This document shows positions 1-12,857 of a stretch of DNA of 64,000 nucleotides, in pieces (within the stretch, counting starts at the first letter, position 1; each line of letters starts with the position of its first letter). A program made the translations under genes and the position numbers. Source of the DNA: Lytechinus pictus (lineage: Eukaryota). The DNA lies in the NCBI RefSeq assembly GCF_037042905.1, contig NC_087251.1, positions 30,320,001 through 30,384,000 of the forward strand, given 5' to 3'. The notes beneath the pieces are model-generated. The model saw only the letters and a list, made by a program, of their open reading frames with translations, made no database searches and was not told where the DNA came from.

Positions 1-246
1 TTAGAAATATAATTGGAAAATCTGAAAGTGAAGAGTTAAAACAAAATAAAGAAATAGAAAATCAGCCATTTTGAAGCATGTTTGTCAATTTGAAGTTCCC
101 TGTAGAAAATACAACCAACTTACAAAATCTTAGAAAATTTCAAACTTCCATAGCTTTCTTATTTCATATCCAATTTGGATTCAGCTGCTTTTAAAATGTA
201 TATTGACCCTCTCATTTTAACTTCTCTCCCTGGGATTTAGCTTCCT
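1..246. mobile_element. Right end of a Kolobok-like non-autonomous element
   Basis: Ends ...GCTTCCT followed by TTAA (247-250), like other AGG...CCT/TTAA elements in the window. Confidence 0.35.
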
Positions 247-290
247 TTAAGTTCTCCTTTGAGCCCTTACATGTACATGTATCACATCAG

Positions 291-445
291 GACCCCGTTG
301 CATAAAAGTTACCATTTTGTTCACTTTGCTACGCAATGGTAACTTTCATGAAATCCTTGATTTTGATTGGCTGTTGATCAGCATTATCATGGTAGTTACC
401 ATTGGATGGCAAAGTTACCATTAGTAACTATATTGCAACGGGCCC
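291..445. mobile_element. PIF/Harbinger-like MITE
   Basis: TIR GACCCCGTTGCA / TGCAACGGGCCC with CAG on both flanks. Confidence 0.75.
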
Positions 446-526
446 CAGGTTGGCTATTCCATTCGCCCTCAAATATTCCCATAATATGTTATCAGCTTTT
501 TCTTTTTATGTCATTTTCTTTCCCAG

Positions 527-621
527 AATATGCATTTAAAGCAATCAACCAAGGGGGTATTACATCAGTTGCAGTGAAGGGTCCAGACTGTGTTGTGGCC
601 ATCACACAGAAGAAAGTTCCT
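527..621 (+). CDS. PSMA6: Proteasome subunit alpha type-6, first coding exon in window (exon 2; exon 1 upstream)
   Basis: Polypyrimidine tract + CAG acceptor (..tttcccag|aatat), encodes (E)[31 protein letters not shown], donor gtaagt at 622; 95 nt. Confidence 0.97.
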
Positions 622-824
622 GTAAGTTCATTACCATTGTATACAATTACAGCATTTTCTAAGTTTTCTACCATGTTACTAGTAAAAAAAAATTGACACC
701 TCACACATACCTAATTTATTGAAAAAAAATATGTCATCAACGCATACAATCATTATATATGGCTGGAAAGAGTATCTTCTCCCAAATAATTTGATACCAT
801 ATGTATGTGGTATATGTCTTCACA

Positions 825-1180
825 CTTGGATAATCAGTAGGTATTCTTTGCAGTGATGTAAGTTTTGATTTGCGCCATAGTAAGGCATGATGATCGCAAT
901 TAATGAATCCAGATGCCAATGATGTCATAATTCTATATGAGTAAATATTTGCAAATCCCTTTTCAATAAAATGAACTTGAGAATTGATACTGAAAAGTGT
1001 TCATTTAACAATTATAATGTAAGTTATTGAAAAACAAGTTTGAAATGGATTTTAAATTAGGATTATGACATCATTGGCATCTGGATTCATTCATTGCAGT
1101 TATTGCAGTTATGCCTTACTTTGGTGCAAATCAAAATTTACATCACTGCAAAGGAATACATACCTCTTGATCATTCAAGC
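825..1180. repeat. Inverted repeat (MITE remnant) in PSMA6 intron
   Basis: ~840-935 (gtattctttgcagtgatgtaa...gaatccagatgccaatgatgtcataat) is the reverse complement of ~1060-1160. Confidence 0.7.
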
Positions 1181-1692
1181 TTTGAATTTTCAAGTTGTGT
1201 GATTTTGTCTGAATTATCAGATTATGTTTGCTTGCAATTTACAGACAATTCAAGACAATATAATTTTGTAGGCTAATGAATGGGTACATATAAACTGTCA
1301 AATCTTAATGAAAATAATGTGCTAAATCTCAGAAATATTAATCATTAATTTGCTTGCAGCTAGAATTGCTGCAGTTTACATGGATCAATCAAGATAGTGT
1401 CAATTGAGAATTGCCCATTTTAAGTTTCATTGGGCTGTGCAATGATGCTTTTATTGGTACTAGTATTGATATCATAGAGTGTCTTTACGTTACCTATTTG
1501 TTTGTTTTGAAAATGCTTAATTTTCACAAATCATGGTAGTGGTGAAAAATGAAGGAGGCTTATATTATTAAATAATTTCATTTAAAAATATTGCCTGTTA
1601 CACTCCCTCTATTGTTCTGAGTTTCTATTATCCCACACTGGTCAGAGTTTCCATTTGCATTGATTATTTTAGAAAAGCGTGTATCAGACCAG

Positions 1693-1854
1693 GGGGCCGT
1701 TTCCTAAAGCTGTTCGTAAATTAAGAACGACTGGTGAACCTTTCTTAATACGCGCTAAACCATCACCAATGAATGTACCATTTACCACAAGAAAGGATCA
1801 CCAGTCGTTCTTATAGTCGCTCTTAACTTACGAATAGCTTTGTGAAACACCCCC
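1693..1854. mobile_element. PIF/Harbinger-like MITE
   Basis: GGGGCCGTTTC..AAAGCTGTTCGTAA / TTACGAATAGCTTT..GAAACACCCCC; flanks CAG/CCG. Confidence 0.7.
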
Positions 1855-1904
1855 CCGGTCTAGTGTAGATCAAATGGAAATTACACTATATTGGCAGTGG
1901 ACTA

Positions 1905-2700
1905 TTTTTGTCTCACATGCATGGCAGATTGAGACTATAGGTCCTGCTTTTTCGACGGCAGCGGCGTCAACATCAAATATTTACCGAAGGTTAAGTTTTT
2001 GAAATGACAGCATAACTTAGAAAGTATATGGACCTAGTTCATGATACTTGGACACAAGATAAATCAAGCACTTCTGAATATGCTGCTCGAGTTTCAGTTT
2101 ACATGACCATTGACAAAGTTCAAAGGTCATTTAGGGTCAATGAACTTAGACCATGTTGGGGAGTCAATATCAAAATCTTAACATTTATAAGGTTAAGTTT
2201 TTAAAATGTCATCATAACTTAGAAAGTGTATGGACCTAATTAATGGAACTTGGCCATAAGGGTAATCAAATATTACTGAATATCCTGCGTGAGTTTCAAG
2301 TCACATGACCAAGGTCAAAGGTCATTTAGGGTCAATGAACTTTGGCCAAGTTGGGGGTCTTTGTTGAATTACCATCATAACTTTGAAAGTTTATGGATCT
2401 GATTCATAAAACTTGGACATAAGAGTAATCAAGTATCACTGTGCAGGTTTCAGGTCACATGACCAAGGTCAAAGGTCATTAAGGTCAATGAACTTTGGCA
2501 TGGTGGAATTATTATTAAATTGCTGTCATAACTTTCAGTTTATGGACATAGGGGTAATCAAATATCACTGATATCAATATATGAAAGGTGTTTTTTGTGA
2601 CTAATTATTTCATACTAGTAGTATGTAGTTTTCAAAGTCAGCACTGCTGCTTTTTGAATCGCGTAATGCAAGTGAGACTGCCAGAGGCGCTCCACTTGTT
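1905..2700 (+). mobile_element. Helentron-associated (HINE/DINE-1/pearl-like) element
   Basis: T-run start, sub-terminal IR GTCTCACATGC / GCAAGTGAGAC, GGC microsatellite, internal tandem cores with ggtcaaaggtca, ends CACTTGTT in T-run. Confidence 0.75.
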
Positions 2701-2911
2701 TTTTTTTTTTATCCCATATGTGGTAATTGATTATCCGAGGAGTAGGCTAACTGCTTGTGGACCAATTGAATATAAACCATATAAACCTTGATGTATTCTG
2801 GTTTGGGCGGTCACATTGTAAGGCAATGGTCAAAGGCCATTTCTTAGATCAAATAGTATAGTTTAATGCTATGGTCACAAATACCTTTATGAATGCCGTA
2901 CAAATGATTTT

Positions 2912-3598
2912 TATAGGCGCTGCTTTTCCGACGGCGGCGTCAACGTCAGATCTTAACCGAAGGTTAAGTTTTTTAAATGACACCATAAGGACCTAGTTCA
3001 TGAAACTTGAACATAAGGTTACCAGGGTAATCAAGTATTACTGAACATCCTGCTCGAGTTTCAGGTCACATGACCAAGGTCAAAGGTCATTTAGGGTAAT
3101 GAACTTAGACCATGTTGGGGGAGTCAATATCTGAATCTTAACCTAAGGTTAAGTTTTTGAAATGTCATCATACATTTTGTAAATTAGAAAGTATATGGAC
3201 CTAGTTCATTAAACTTGGACATGAGAGTAATCAAGTATCACTGAACATCGTGTGCGAGTTTCAGGTCAAATGACCAAGGTCAAAAGTCATGAAGGTCAAT
3301 GAACTTTGGCCATGTTGCAGTTAATTATTAAATTGCTGTCATAACTTTTTAGTTTTAAAGTTTATGGATATAGTTTGTGAATTGTGGACATAGGGGTAAT
3401 CAAGTATCACTGACAAGTCTTAGGTCACATGATCAAGGTCAAATGTCATTTATTGTCAATGAACGTAGTATTGTATCATATGAATGGTGTTTTCTGTGAA
3501 TAATTATTTTAGTACACGTATGTAGTTTTCAAAGTCAGCAGTGCTGCTATTTTGAATCGCGTAATGCAGGTGAGACTGCCAGAGGCGCTCCACTTGTT
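2912..3598 (+). mobile_element. Second, 5'-truncated copy of the same HINE-like family
   Basis: Near-identical cores and 3' end GCAGGTGAGACTGCCAGAGGCGCTCCACTTGTT. Confidence 0.75.
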
Positions 3599-3894
3599 AT
3601 ACATAGCAATACATGGTATGAATTCGTTCGTTCTGCGTTCTGAAAGGTAATTGTGACCGTACCATTACCTATTAAGACTCTTGTGACAAATATCTTGCAT
3701 CTGTAACTCTAACTGCAACCAAACTTAGATACTGATACACTGGGGCAACGTCAATTTTGAGGTACTATAGGTCACACACTTAGGTCAAAAGTCATGTGAG
3801 GTCATACATTACAGGTCATCGGGAAGAATTGTTCCTCCCAAGATTTGATTAATGGGGGGACTGATGTGTATTTAATTTTCAAGTGGGCAAGACA

Positions 3895-4462
3895 CCCGGG
3901 GGGGGGGGGGGCCACTTCCATTGATGAGTGGATACCATGCGCGACCATGGGGTCTCGAAAAGCACCCTAAACACATATTTTCCATATTCTGAAAATGCAC
4001 CCCTTAACAAGTATTGGCGTGTGAAACCCTACCCTTAACAAGTATTGAAAACAAAACGATACTCTTGGCAAGTATTCCCTGAAATGAACCCCTAAACAAG
4101 TACAGCGATATTTTATTACGTCACGGGTCCATCGGTCGTCGGTTTTACCTTTACACACCATTTGGTTTAGTATGGCCCCACCTTCCACACCTCGCGCAAA
4201 TCGGACTCTAAACACGTAGTGTTGGGGCAAAAAGGACATCCTTTATAAAACATTTTAATTTTGTTTTATCATCCCCGCAAATTTGACCCTAAACACGTAG
4301 CTTTCCTAGCGAAATAGATACCCTTTTTTCATTATTTTTGTGTTTTTTACACCCTTATCACGTTACATACGTAACGTGCCCTATCTTGAAAAAGACATCC
4401 TTTTTACGTGTTTTTTTGGTCGTGCATGGTATCCACTCGTCAGTGTAAGTGGCCCCCCCGGG
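3895..4462. mobile_element. Non-autonomous DNA transposon with CCCGGG termini
   Basis: TIR CCCGGG(G)nCCACTT..GAGTGGATACCATGC / GCATGGTATCCACTC..AAGTGG(C)nGGG; CAAGACA on both flanks. Confidence 0.8.
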
Positions 4463-4585
4463 CAAGACACAATATAGCTTATAACTGTCTCGTTATCATT
4501 CATTGGTGTTCTGTGCAAACAGTGCTTCAAACACCATGATTGTGTGTATTTATTTGTAGTTTTTCATGTCATCTTCTTTATGTAG

Positions 4586-4667
4586 GACAAGCTTCTTGAC
4601 CCAAGCACAGTAACACACATGTACAAAATCACAGAGCACATAGGATGTGCAATGACTGGTATGACAG
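4586..4667 (+). CDS. PSMA6: PSMA6 exon 3
   Basis: tgtag|[30 protein letters not shown]; donor gtacgt; 82 nt, phases compatible with neighbours. Confidence 0.97.
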
Positions 4668-5088
4668 GTACGTACACATTTATTATCACCATTTAATTGT
4701 ATTACTTCCATATGCTTTGGTTTTTATTACATACTCTACTGAATAGTTATCAGAAATTCCTGTGTTATTCAGACTATGATCAGGCTGTCATTGTTCCTCT
4801 GAACAATGAAAAAAAACAAAAATATTGGAATCATAAAAGTATCGTGTACTGTCATATTGAGAATTTATCATTGAAGTTAGTATCCAGTCTTCTACCAGAA
4901 ATTGAGGAATGTGTCAGCAATTGGTGAAATAGCAATTTGCACTAGGAAAGGCAGAAAAACATCTACTAGTAGTACAAGTGGGTTTAGCCTTGATTATGCA
5001 ATCTGAGAATTAGACAACTTGCACTTAGACCAAGTGAATACAAACCGTCTTACCTGGTGATAACATTTTGATTGGTTTTCATTCCCAG

Positions 5089-5244
5089 CTGACAGCAGGT
5101 CTCAGGTATTCCGCGCCAGGGTAGAGGCAGCCAACTGGAAGTATAAATATGGTTATGAGATCCCTGTTGAGATGCTTTGCAAGAGGATGGCTGACATATC
5201 ACAGGTCTACACACAGAGTGCACAAATGAGACCCCTAGGATGCA
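5089..5244 (+). CDS. PSMA6: PSMA6 exon 4
   Basis: cccag|[54 protein letters not shown]; donor gtaagt; 156 nt. Confidence 0.97.
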
Positions 5245-5673
5245 GTAAGTATATGTGTGTCAGGGATGGATCTAGAATTTTAAGAATCTGTAGATTAAGG
5301 GGCTGTCCACATTGAAATTATAGCCAGTGTGTGTCTGTGTATGTGTTAAAAAGCATTTCAATGTTTAATCTTATTTGTTAATATCAATAATTCTATTGTT
5401 GATATCAGTACAATTGAATCCTTGATGTATAGAATTATATTCCTGAATTTATTTTGTGTTTTTCAAATGACAAATCCTGGTCTAATGAATCACATTATTC
5501 GTATCAAGAAATAGGACAATATGATAAAATGGCTTGCCATACATTCATGAGCATACACTGATTAACATGTTTAGGGTTGTCTGCACTTGTAAGGCTTCAC
5601 TCTGCTATTCAAATACCCTTCAAGGTCTCACTACACGAGTTCCCTCTGATTGTGACCGTACCTTAATTGATAC

Positions 5674-8664
5674 TAGAGGTGGGCTATAGAGGGTCAAATT
5701 TAGGTCACATTTTCAGAACATGCTCATCACACCCTAGTTTGATGACTTTGTGCCTACTGACACCACTTTTGAAAAAAAAAATTGAAAAAAATGTAAAATC
5801 CGGGGTGCCCTGACCGAAATCGTAAAAAATCCAAGATGGCCGCCGTTTCGCCTAAAAAAAAGACTTTTTTGGCTGTAACTCAGTCATTTTTTTGTCTATT
5901 GTAATAGTTTTGGTGTCTAACCCTATGTTTTAGGGGTCAGAGAAACTGAATATAATGATATTTTTGGTGTAAAACCTATTATTCTATATAATACTCACAT
6001 TTTCCCCATATTTAATGTTAAATTTTCCTTCTCCTTCACCCCTACCCCAACCGCAAATTTTATATTTTATTTTCTGTATGTTCTTCAAGTCATGTTAGCT
6101 ATGATACCCTTAATAATAAACTCTAGCTACGAAAAGTTATTTTTTGTACTTTAAACAGTACAGCAAGAAATATACAAATAACCTTCATACATGACTGTGT
6201 CGCGCACCCAGAAACCTATATCTGGCTGGTGAATTCCGAGTCGGCAGGCACAGTAACTCTGGAGCCAGTTCTAATACTGTATCTGCTTTAAAGTACCAAT
6301 TGTTTGATCATCAGACCTCTAGTCAGAGAGTATTATAAAATTCCACTTTTTTATTTGGAAAATGACTTGAATTAGCTTTCTATGATATGCCAATTGTCAA
6401 GCACAAATGTAATGTTTCTGCTGGAAGATGTATCCCATGAGCCAATTACATTACATGGAAGAATCTACATCGGCAGTACTGTCTGTACATGAGCGTGCTT
6501 TGGCCATCTCCAGTGCTAATGCTGATCTGTCCCTTTCAATCTTAGAAGTCTTTTTCCATGTGCTCGATCTCATATGCCTCATGATGTTGGTCTCGACACA
6601 TACCAAGGTACCAGTTTCGTTCATCGTCATAATCCCATATCACACTGCAGAACTCATTGATGTCCACTTCTTTGTCAGTATTTTCTTCAAGGTTGGAATG
6701 GGCAGTTGGCTGTGTGATCCCATTGGGTGGCTTTAGATTGAATGCATGTCATCTTCAGTAGGCAGATCAGGGGCAGGGAGATTATCAGACTCTCCTCCTG
6801 TCAATAGCAGAGTCAAGTTCACCTTCATTTCTGTTTCACATAGTTGGTTGACCTTATACAAGTGTGGGCGTACCAAGTAATCTAGATGGGATATGTGTCT
6901 GCGATATGACAGCTCTGCATGTAACATAGTTTTAAGCTTGGTTGAATTTTAGGTATCCAGGCATTCCTGAAGCTCATCAACGTTTCTTAATTGACCTCCC
7001 CATTTTTTACATTTCTGTAACAGCCTATGCACACACCCGGTACTCTACCGCTTGGGCCACATTCCGCTGAAGCTTTTCCCGAGAGAGGATGTTTTGCTCT
7101 TCCACCCATTTCTGCTTACTCCTATCCAACACTTCTGCAATGTTATGGGTCACTTTTTCCAGTAACTTCACCAGCCTTGTTCAAGGTCATATCATCTCAA
7201 ATACTCTTGGTAGTGAAGTTTCTATTGGAAGCAGCAGACTGCTTTGCTAGTTTGTCAAAATTTGACAGATCCTGCTCACACTGCAAATTGTTTGAAGGTA
7301 GATTGGTGAGATCTTCTTCTGTGAGTTTGTGGAGTTAAGTTGCTCTAGGTTCTGCCAAACGTATTTTTGCCGTTTGCTGATATCCATACTCACATCCTCT
7401 CTGAGTGGCTAAAATCTTTGGCAGCTTGCTGACACATTTGCTGCAAATACACGCCTACAGTTTCTCAGGTTTTTCAACTTGGAAAGAGTATGGAACCGTG
7501 TATGAAGAGAGTGTGTCTGTCTTGTTATTCAGCAGATCATCATGAAGACGTGGGATGATGGTCACTAGATCATTCTGTGAGCTAACTTCTACCATGTTTA
7601 GGAATGGGAGGATTATGCAGTATGTGAACCAGGCCAATACCTTCAATACTATCATGATTAAGTCACACTCAAGGTACAGATGGCAGGCTTGAACTTGGAT
7701 TTGGTGTTCTGCAATGTTGCCTCATACTCCGGGATGTGATATAGAATGGCTGCAGCAGTGTATGCCATAAGAGCAAATCGATGTTCATTGAAGAGGCTGT
7801 TCTTGTTTTGCCTGCAGATGCAACCTCACACTCGAAGGTCTCCTACATGGATGATTTGTGTCCGTCATAACTTACTAGTTTTGTCAGTGCCTGTAATGCT
7901 GCTATGACCACACTCTTCTTGAGGAAGGATTTCAGGGTCGGCATGTATGCAATAAATTTCACGAAGCCCTAACTTGACTTCATGCTGAACAAGGGTAGAG
8001 ATATTGCCTGCATCTAAATCCTCACATGTGTGGCTCACACACAACAAGTGTAGAAGCTAGGATGTGCTGACTGTTAAGGGATGGTGCTATTTGATGTTTG
8101 TAGTAATGAGGAGCTCGAGTGGTAATAGTGATACATGTACATTAAATGCAGTGATGAAGGGAGCTGTGCTGTAACTACTTGTCCATACTTGCAAACAAAG
8201 CAAAGTGGATATAAAATTTGGGATAATGGGCATGAGACAAGAAGGGAAAAAAGGAAGGCTTAAACTGTTAATTGTGATGTACACGTCATCTATTGGAATC
8301 AATATTGTAAGAATTCGCATATTGGGGAAATAAGTAGAAATTTGATTAAATACTGATATAACATGAATTTTAACACTAATATATAAAAATGAATACTATA
8401 AAAGGGTTCAGTGACCCCCAAAACATAGGTTTAGACACCAAAACTATGCTAAGGGATGAAAAAATGACTGAGTTATGGCCAAAAACATGTTTTTTTAGGC
8501 AATCCGGCGGCCATCTTGGATTTTCGGGTTTTTCGGCCGGGGCACCCTGGATTTCGGATTTTTTTCATTTTTTTTTCTGATTATGGTGTCAGTGTGCACT
8601 AATTCATCAAACTAAGGTGTGATGAGCATGTTCTGAAAATGTCACCCTCTATAGCCCACCTCTA
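5674..8664 (-). mobile_element. Decayed hAT-superfamily transposon (possibly hATw lineage) in PSMA6 intron 4
   Basis: TIR TAGAGGTGGGCTATAGAGGGT at both ends with ~270-bp imperfect extensions; TTGATAC on both flanks; transposase remnants inside. Confidence 0.85.
6190..8100 (-). pseudogene. Disrupted hAT-like transposase, C-terminal part
   Basis: Fragments in several frames: LLCVSHTCE (CxxH, 8041-8030), FNEHRFALMAY, LPFLNMVE..LHDDL, LTNLPSNNLQCEQDLSNF (resembles hAT C-terminal PxxN..ER.FS motif); many stops and frameshifts. Confidence 0.7.
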
Positions 8665-9233
8665 TTGATACCTTAAAACATCTATCCAATCACGGTTATC
8701 ATTAAAGTTACATTGAATATAAATTCACCTCAAAGGTTGGTACAATGTCATGTTTGATAATTATGAGAACATCTTTTATGATGCATAGTTAAGTACATGA
8801 CACATTCAATGTAGACAAGATATCACTATTCATATTGCTTCATCCTTAACAGTTTCATATTAAATCTGATATATTTCAATTCAATATCAATTCAATTACA
8901 AAAAAAAATTAGTCTTTATTGATATACAAACATGATTCAGATATTGGCAATTCCACATGAAAAACAGCCGTAGTTGGAGTATGCATGTTTAAATGTTTAT
9001 AGGCACTATATAAATTTTATATACTAGTACTTGAAACGATTAAAATCTGAAGAAGTAATAATACAATGCACAAGTTTTTCATAACATTTGAAATATACGC
9101 CACATATTCAATAGCTGGTAAAAGCTTACAATGTCCCCCTTTTTTCAATTTGTCTTTTCTTACCTGAATGTGATTATTCCCTCCTTTATATATCTATGCC
9201 TTCACCAGCGTTCCAATCCCCTTCTTTCATCAG

Positions 9234-9412
9234 GTATGATCCTCCTTGGTTGGGATGAGGAGCTCGGACCTCAGCTCTTCAAGACGGATCCAGCAGGGTA
9301 CTTCTGTGGGTACAAGGCTACCAGCGTAGGGGTCAAACAAACGGAAGCCAACAGCTTCCTGGAGAAGAAACTGAAGAAGAAGCAGGACTTCACCTACGAC
9401 CAGGCTGTAGAG
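9234..9412 (+). CDS. PSMA6: PSMA6 exon 5
   Basis: catcag|[61 protein letters not shown]; donor gtaacc; 179 nt. Confidence 0.97.
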
Positions 9413-10149
9413 GTAACCTTACGTTTGTATTATTTAATGTAAACTCCTGGCTCATGTCGTTTTCATTCGTGGTACATTTTACACACAATAGTTTGGATTG
9501 ACTTTGGACTCTTTGTGGTTTGTAAAACTGAAACTGACATTGGCCCACTAATTTGAGTGAATACAATGTAGAATCAATCAGTTGGCAGAGACCTCTTGGT
9601 ATGTGTAGTCTCTTGTGCACACGTGTACACCCTCCCCCAATTTTTTTTAGGCTTTCTGAGTCGAGAGCTCATAGGCCTGAATTCACAAAGGTTGTTGTAA
9701 TCTGTGGTATGAAACCTTGGTATCTGCAGATTCCATGCATTGATTACTGAGTATGCTGAATTTAGTTCATATATTGGAATGAAGCATAGTCAGTGCATGG
9801 AAATTGCTTAAATCGCAACTTCAGACCTCAAACTCAAAACCACCTCCCTGAATTAAGGCGATAAAGTATGCCAAGAAGAATTTCATGTTTACAGCACATT
9901 TCTTCCCAGATGTAGTTACCAAGGTAACTTCTTAATTTGCACACCAACTGCAGAATTTCCCATTTTTTCCACCTTGAGAAATAACTTGTAAAAATAGGGT
10001 GTAATCATGGAGACTAACAGGGATTAACCTTGGTCCTGTAATTGTGTTGATATTATGGAGGTAAGGAAGTAATGTGATAGATAGTAATCTCATCAATAAA
10101 TAAACCTTTGTATCATATATCATCACTAAACTTCATAGTATTCTTCTAT

Positions 10150-10720
10150 AACTTGGTAACTGTTGGGGCAACCAAATATGGGTGATAGATGCTGTAGACA
10201 AAAATATCATGTTGTGCTGCTGTTGGAAATCACATAGTGAGGTCAAAGGTCATTTTAGGTCAAATGTTTACTGGCAAGACTATGATAACAAACATCTTTG
10301 CATCTGTTGCTCTCTTTTCAACTACGCTTGAGTCATAAATGCACCTAAGGACCTTCTTGTTTAGTGTCATCAAATGTCACATGGCAAGGTCAAAGATCAT
10401 ATTTCAAATGTTCAAGTTTACCTGCAAGACTCATTATGGCTCATAAGTGGTCAACTGTTGGTCCAATGACAACCAGATTTGGATGGTAGATGCACTAGTA
10501 GAGACATCATGTTGCACCGCTGTTGGAGGTCTCATGAGGTCAAAGGTCATTTAAGATCATGTGTTAAAATTTACCTGCATGACACTTTAATGACAGAATA
10601 CTTTTAAGCATTTCTCCCTTTTGAATAAGGCCATTGTCATGGATGCACTGGGAAAATATTATCATGCTCTCTGAGGTCACATGGTGAGGTCAAAGGCCAA
10701 TTAAAGGTAGACATTTAAGT
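10150..10720. repeat. Degenerate gaggtcaaaggtca-type tandem cores (HINE-like remnant)
   Basis: Recurring gaggtcaaaggtcat / tttacctgcaagac units at ~150-bp spacing. Confidence 0.45.
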
Positions 10721-11006
10721 TCAGACTTTTTTTTGCAAAATCAAACTTGGCTAGGGATTTACTAGGGGGAAATCTTCATGTTATGTAGTCATGGGTTATT
10801 GCTTTGTTTTATCTGTGGCCAGCATTTGACAGTTTCAGATGTTTGAAGAATGCCCATATTTTGCAAGTGCTTAAATTAAGTTTGTTCACTTAAATGAGAG
10901 AAGTGAGTCATAATAATAACTTATTGAAAAGATATTGAAATCAATGGGCAAATCTATTGTTCTTGACACTTCTAATGTATTGTTTGTTTATTTTCTATCA
11001 TATTAG

Positions 11007-11101
11007 ACTGCCATCAAGTGTCTTTCGTCCGTGCTCTCAGCAGACTTCAAACCAACCGAAATCGAGGTAGCAGTCGTAACAAGAGACAACCAAGTCTTCA
11101 G
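11007..11101 (+). CDS. PSMA6: PSMA6 exon 6
   Basis: tattag|[34 protein letters not shown](R); donor gtaaat; 95 nt. Confidence 0.96.
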
Positions 11102-11923
11102 GTAAATTTGTATTGACTTTGATAATTGATAGGGATGAATTAGGATGAATAGGGATGAATTTATGTTATATGATTTGTTCGCCATCTGATTTGGGGTAAA
11201 AAACTTGTAATAGCATGTGGAATGAGCATTCCAACTTAGTAAAATCTTAAGGATCAAAGTTCTAAATAGTGGTATGAATATGTAAATGAAAATTTCAGGC
11301 TATTGCGAGCCTATTTGTAGGGAGGTCTCATACCCCCTTTAGATTTTTGTATAAATCTAATATCTGACACTCTTTCTGATTTTTTTCTGTCTGTATGAAA
11401 GTAGCTCTTTGCTTTCTTTTGTAACACGCATCATCAATTCTTAGATCTGAGTGTGCACTGTCAGCCGGGGCAACAATAGCCATGACATAATTAAACAAGA
11501 CACTAACACAGGACACACACATATAGCTTAATAACAGAGAGAAAGAACAAAAAAGAGAAAAAATGTTGGATATGGCTGAACTGTTGACCAGTTTGGACAT
11601 ACATCATGGGCAATTTTGGTCAATTGACCTTTCATTTCTTTCATTATGATAGGCAGATTTCAAAGCAAGATATTTTGAAAGCATGCGTTACATAGCAGGG
11701 TGCAGAAATTGTATAGAACAGGTGACTAGAATAGCACACCAATTAATACTCTATGAAGGTATTTGTTGTATTTCTACTTTTTAATGCATTAGCATGCTGC
11801 TATAACAATGTACTTGGCCAACTGTGAAATACCACTCCGAACTGGCTTATTGCATTTTTTCCTGTAAAAAAAATATTTGATAGGCTCAAAAACTTAATCA
11901 ACACTGAATGTGCGCACCATTAA

Positions 11924-12857
11924 CCCTAAATCCGCCGGAGGGGGGGGGGGGTGAATCACCCCCTTCATCAACATTTTCCGCGACCATTCTGCTGTGCGAA
12001 ATTTTTCAACTGTGCCGCTCGCTGACTTTTTACTTTGAAGTTTGGTTTGGTTTTATTTACCGTATAAAAATCACAATAAAATACATTTCACAAGATATTA
12101 GATTAAATATAAATATATAAACATGCACATAAAAATATACGGATGGATCACCCTATTCAGAGCCATTGATATAATGGCTCTGTTCTTCCTAGAGGTCCAG
12201 TCAAGGTAACATGAGAAATAATATGACACATATGAAGTCTTGCGCATCTTTTGAGACCAAATTTACCATGCCCAGGTAAGCGGTTGAAAAATTACACAAC
12301 TTTACATAAGTGCATGTCAGACCCAAAATTGCGCCAGAATGTGATTTTGTGTACTTGTAAATTGAGTTTTCTCATCTTATTCATAAACATATGATTATGT
12401 TTATATTCATTAGCCGAAATCAATTGATATTAGCATAATTATGCTTCAAAAAGGTTCTGCTATAAATTTAGCACAAGAAATGAAGAAAAAATAAAAAAGG
12501 TAAAAAAAACCCCAAAGAAATACATAAAACAATAAAATGCATAGGAAATTCATTTTCAAACCACAATTTTTTAACTTGTAAATGCTAGCAACGGTATAAA
12601 GAATTTTAACACAAAAAATTAGCATTATATGAGCTTTTTATAGTGAATTAGAGTAAAAATTATGATTTATGCATAAATTTGCATAATTCATATTTTTAGA
12701 TATGTGGTTATTTTGGAAATTTAACCATACAGTCTTGTAGAGTCCATCCCACACTATTACCATGCCAATTTTCATAGGCAGCTGAGATCTCAAGGGGGGG
12801 AGGTTGATTCAACCTCTTACCCCATCTAACACCCTAAACAGCACGGCCTGGTTAGGG
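11924..12857. mobile_element. piggyBac-like non-autonomous element in PSMA6 intron 6
   Basis: TTAA|CCCTAA...TTAGGG|TTAA; sub-terminal GGGG.TGAATCA.CCCC motif at both ends. Confidence 0.8.

Noticed and set aside
367..696. 109-aa ORF as a single-exon gene (also 9131-9442)
   Set aside because: Only the central parts are PSMA6 exons; the rest is intron or MITE read-through.
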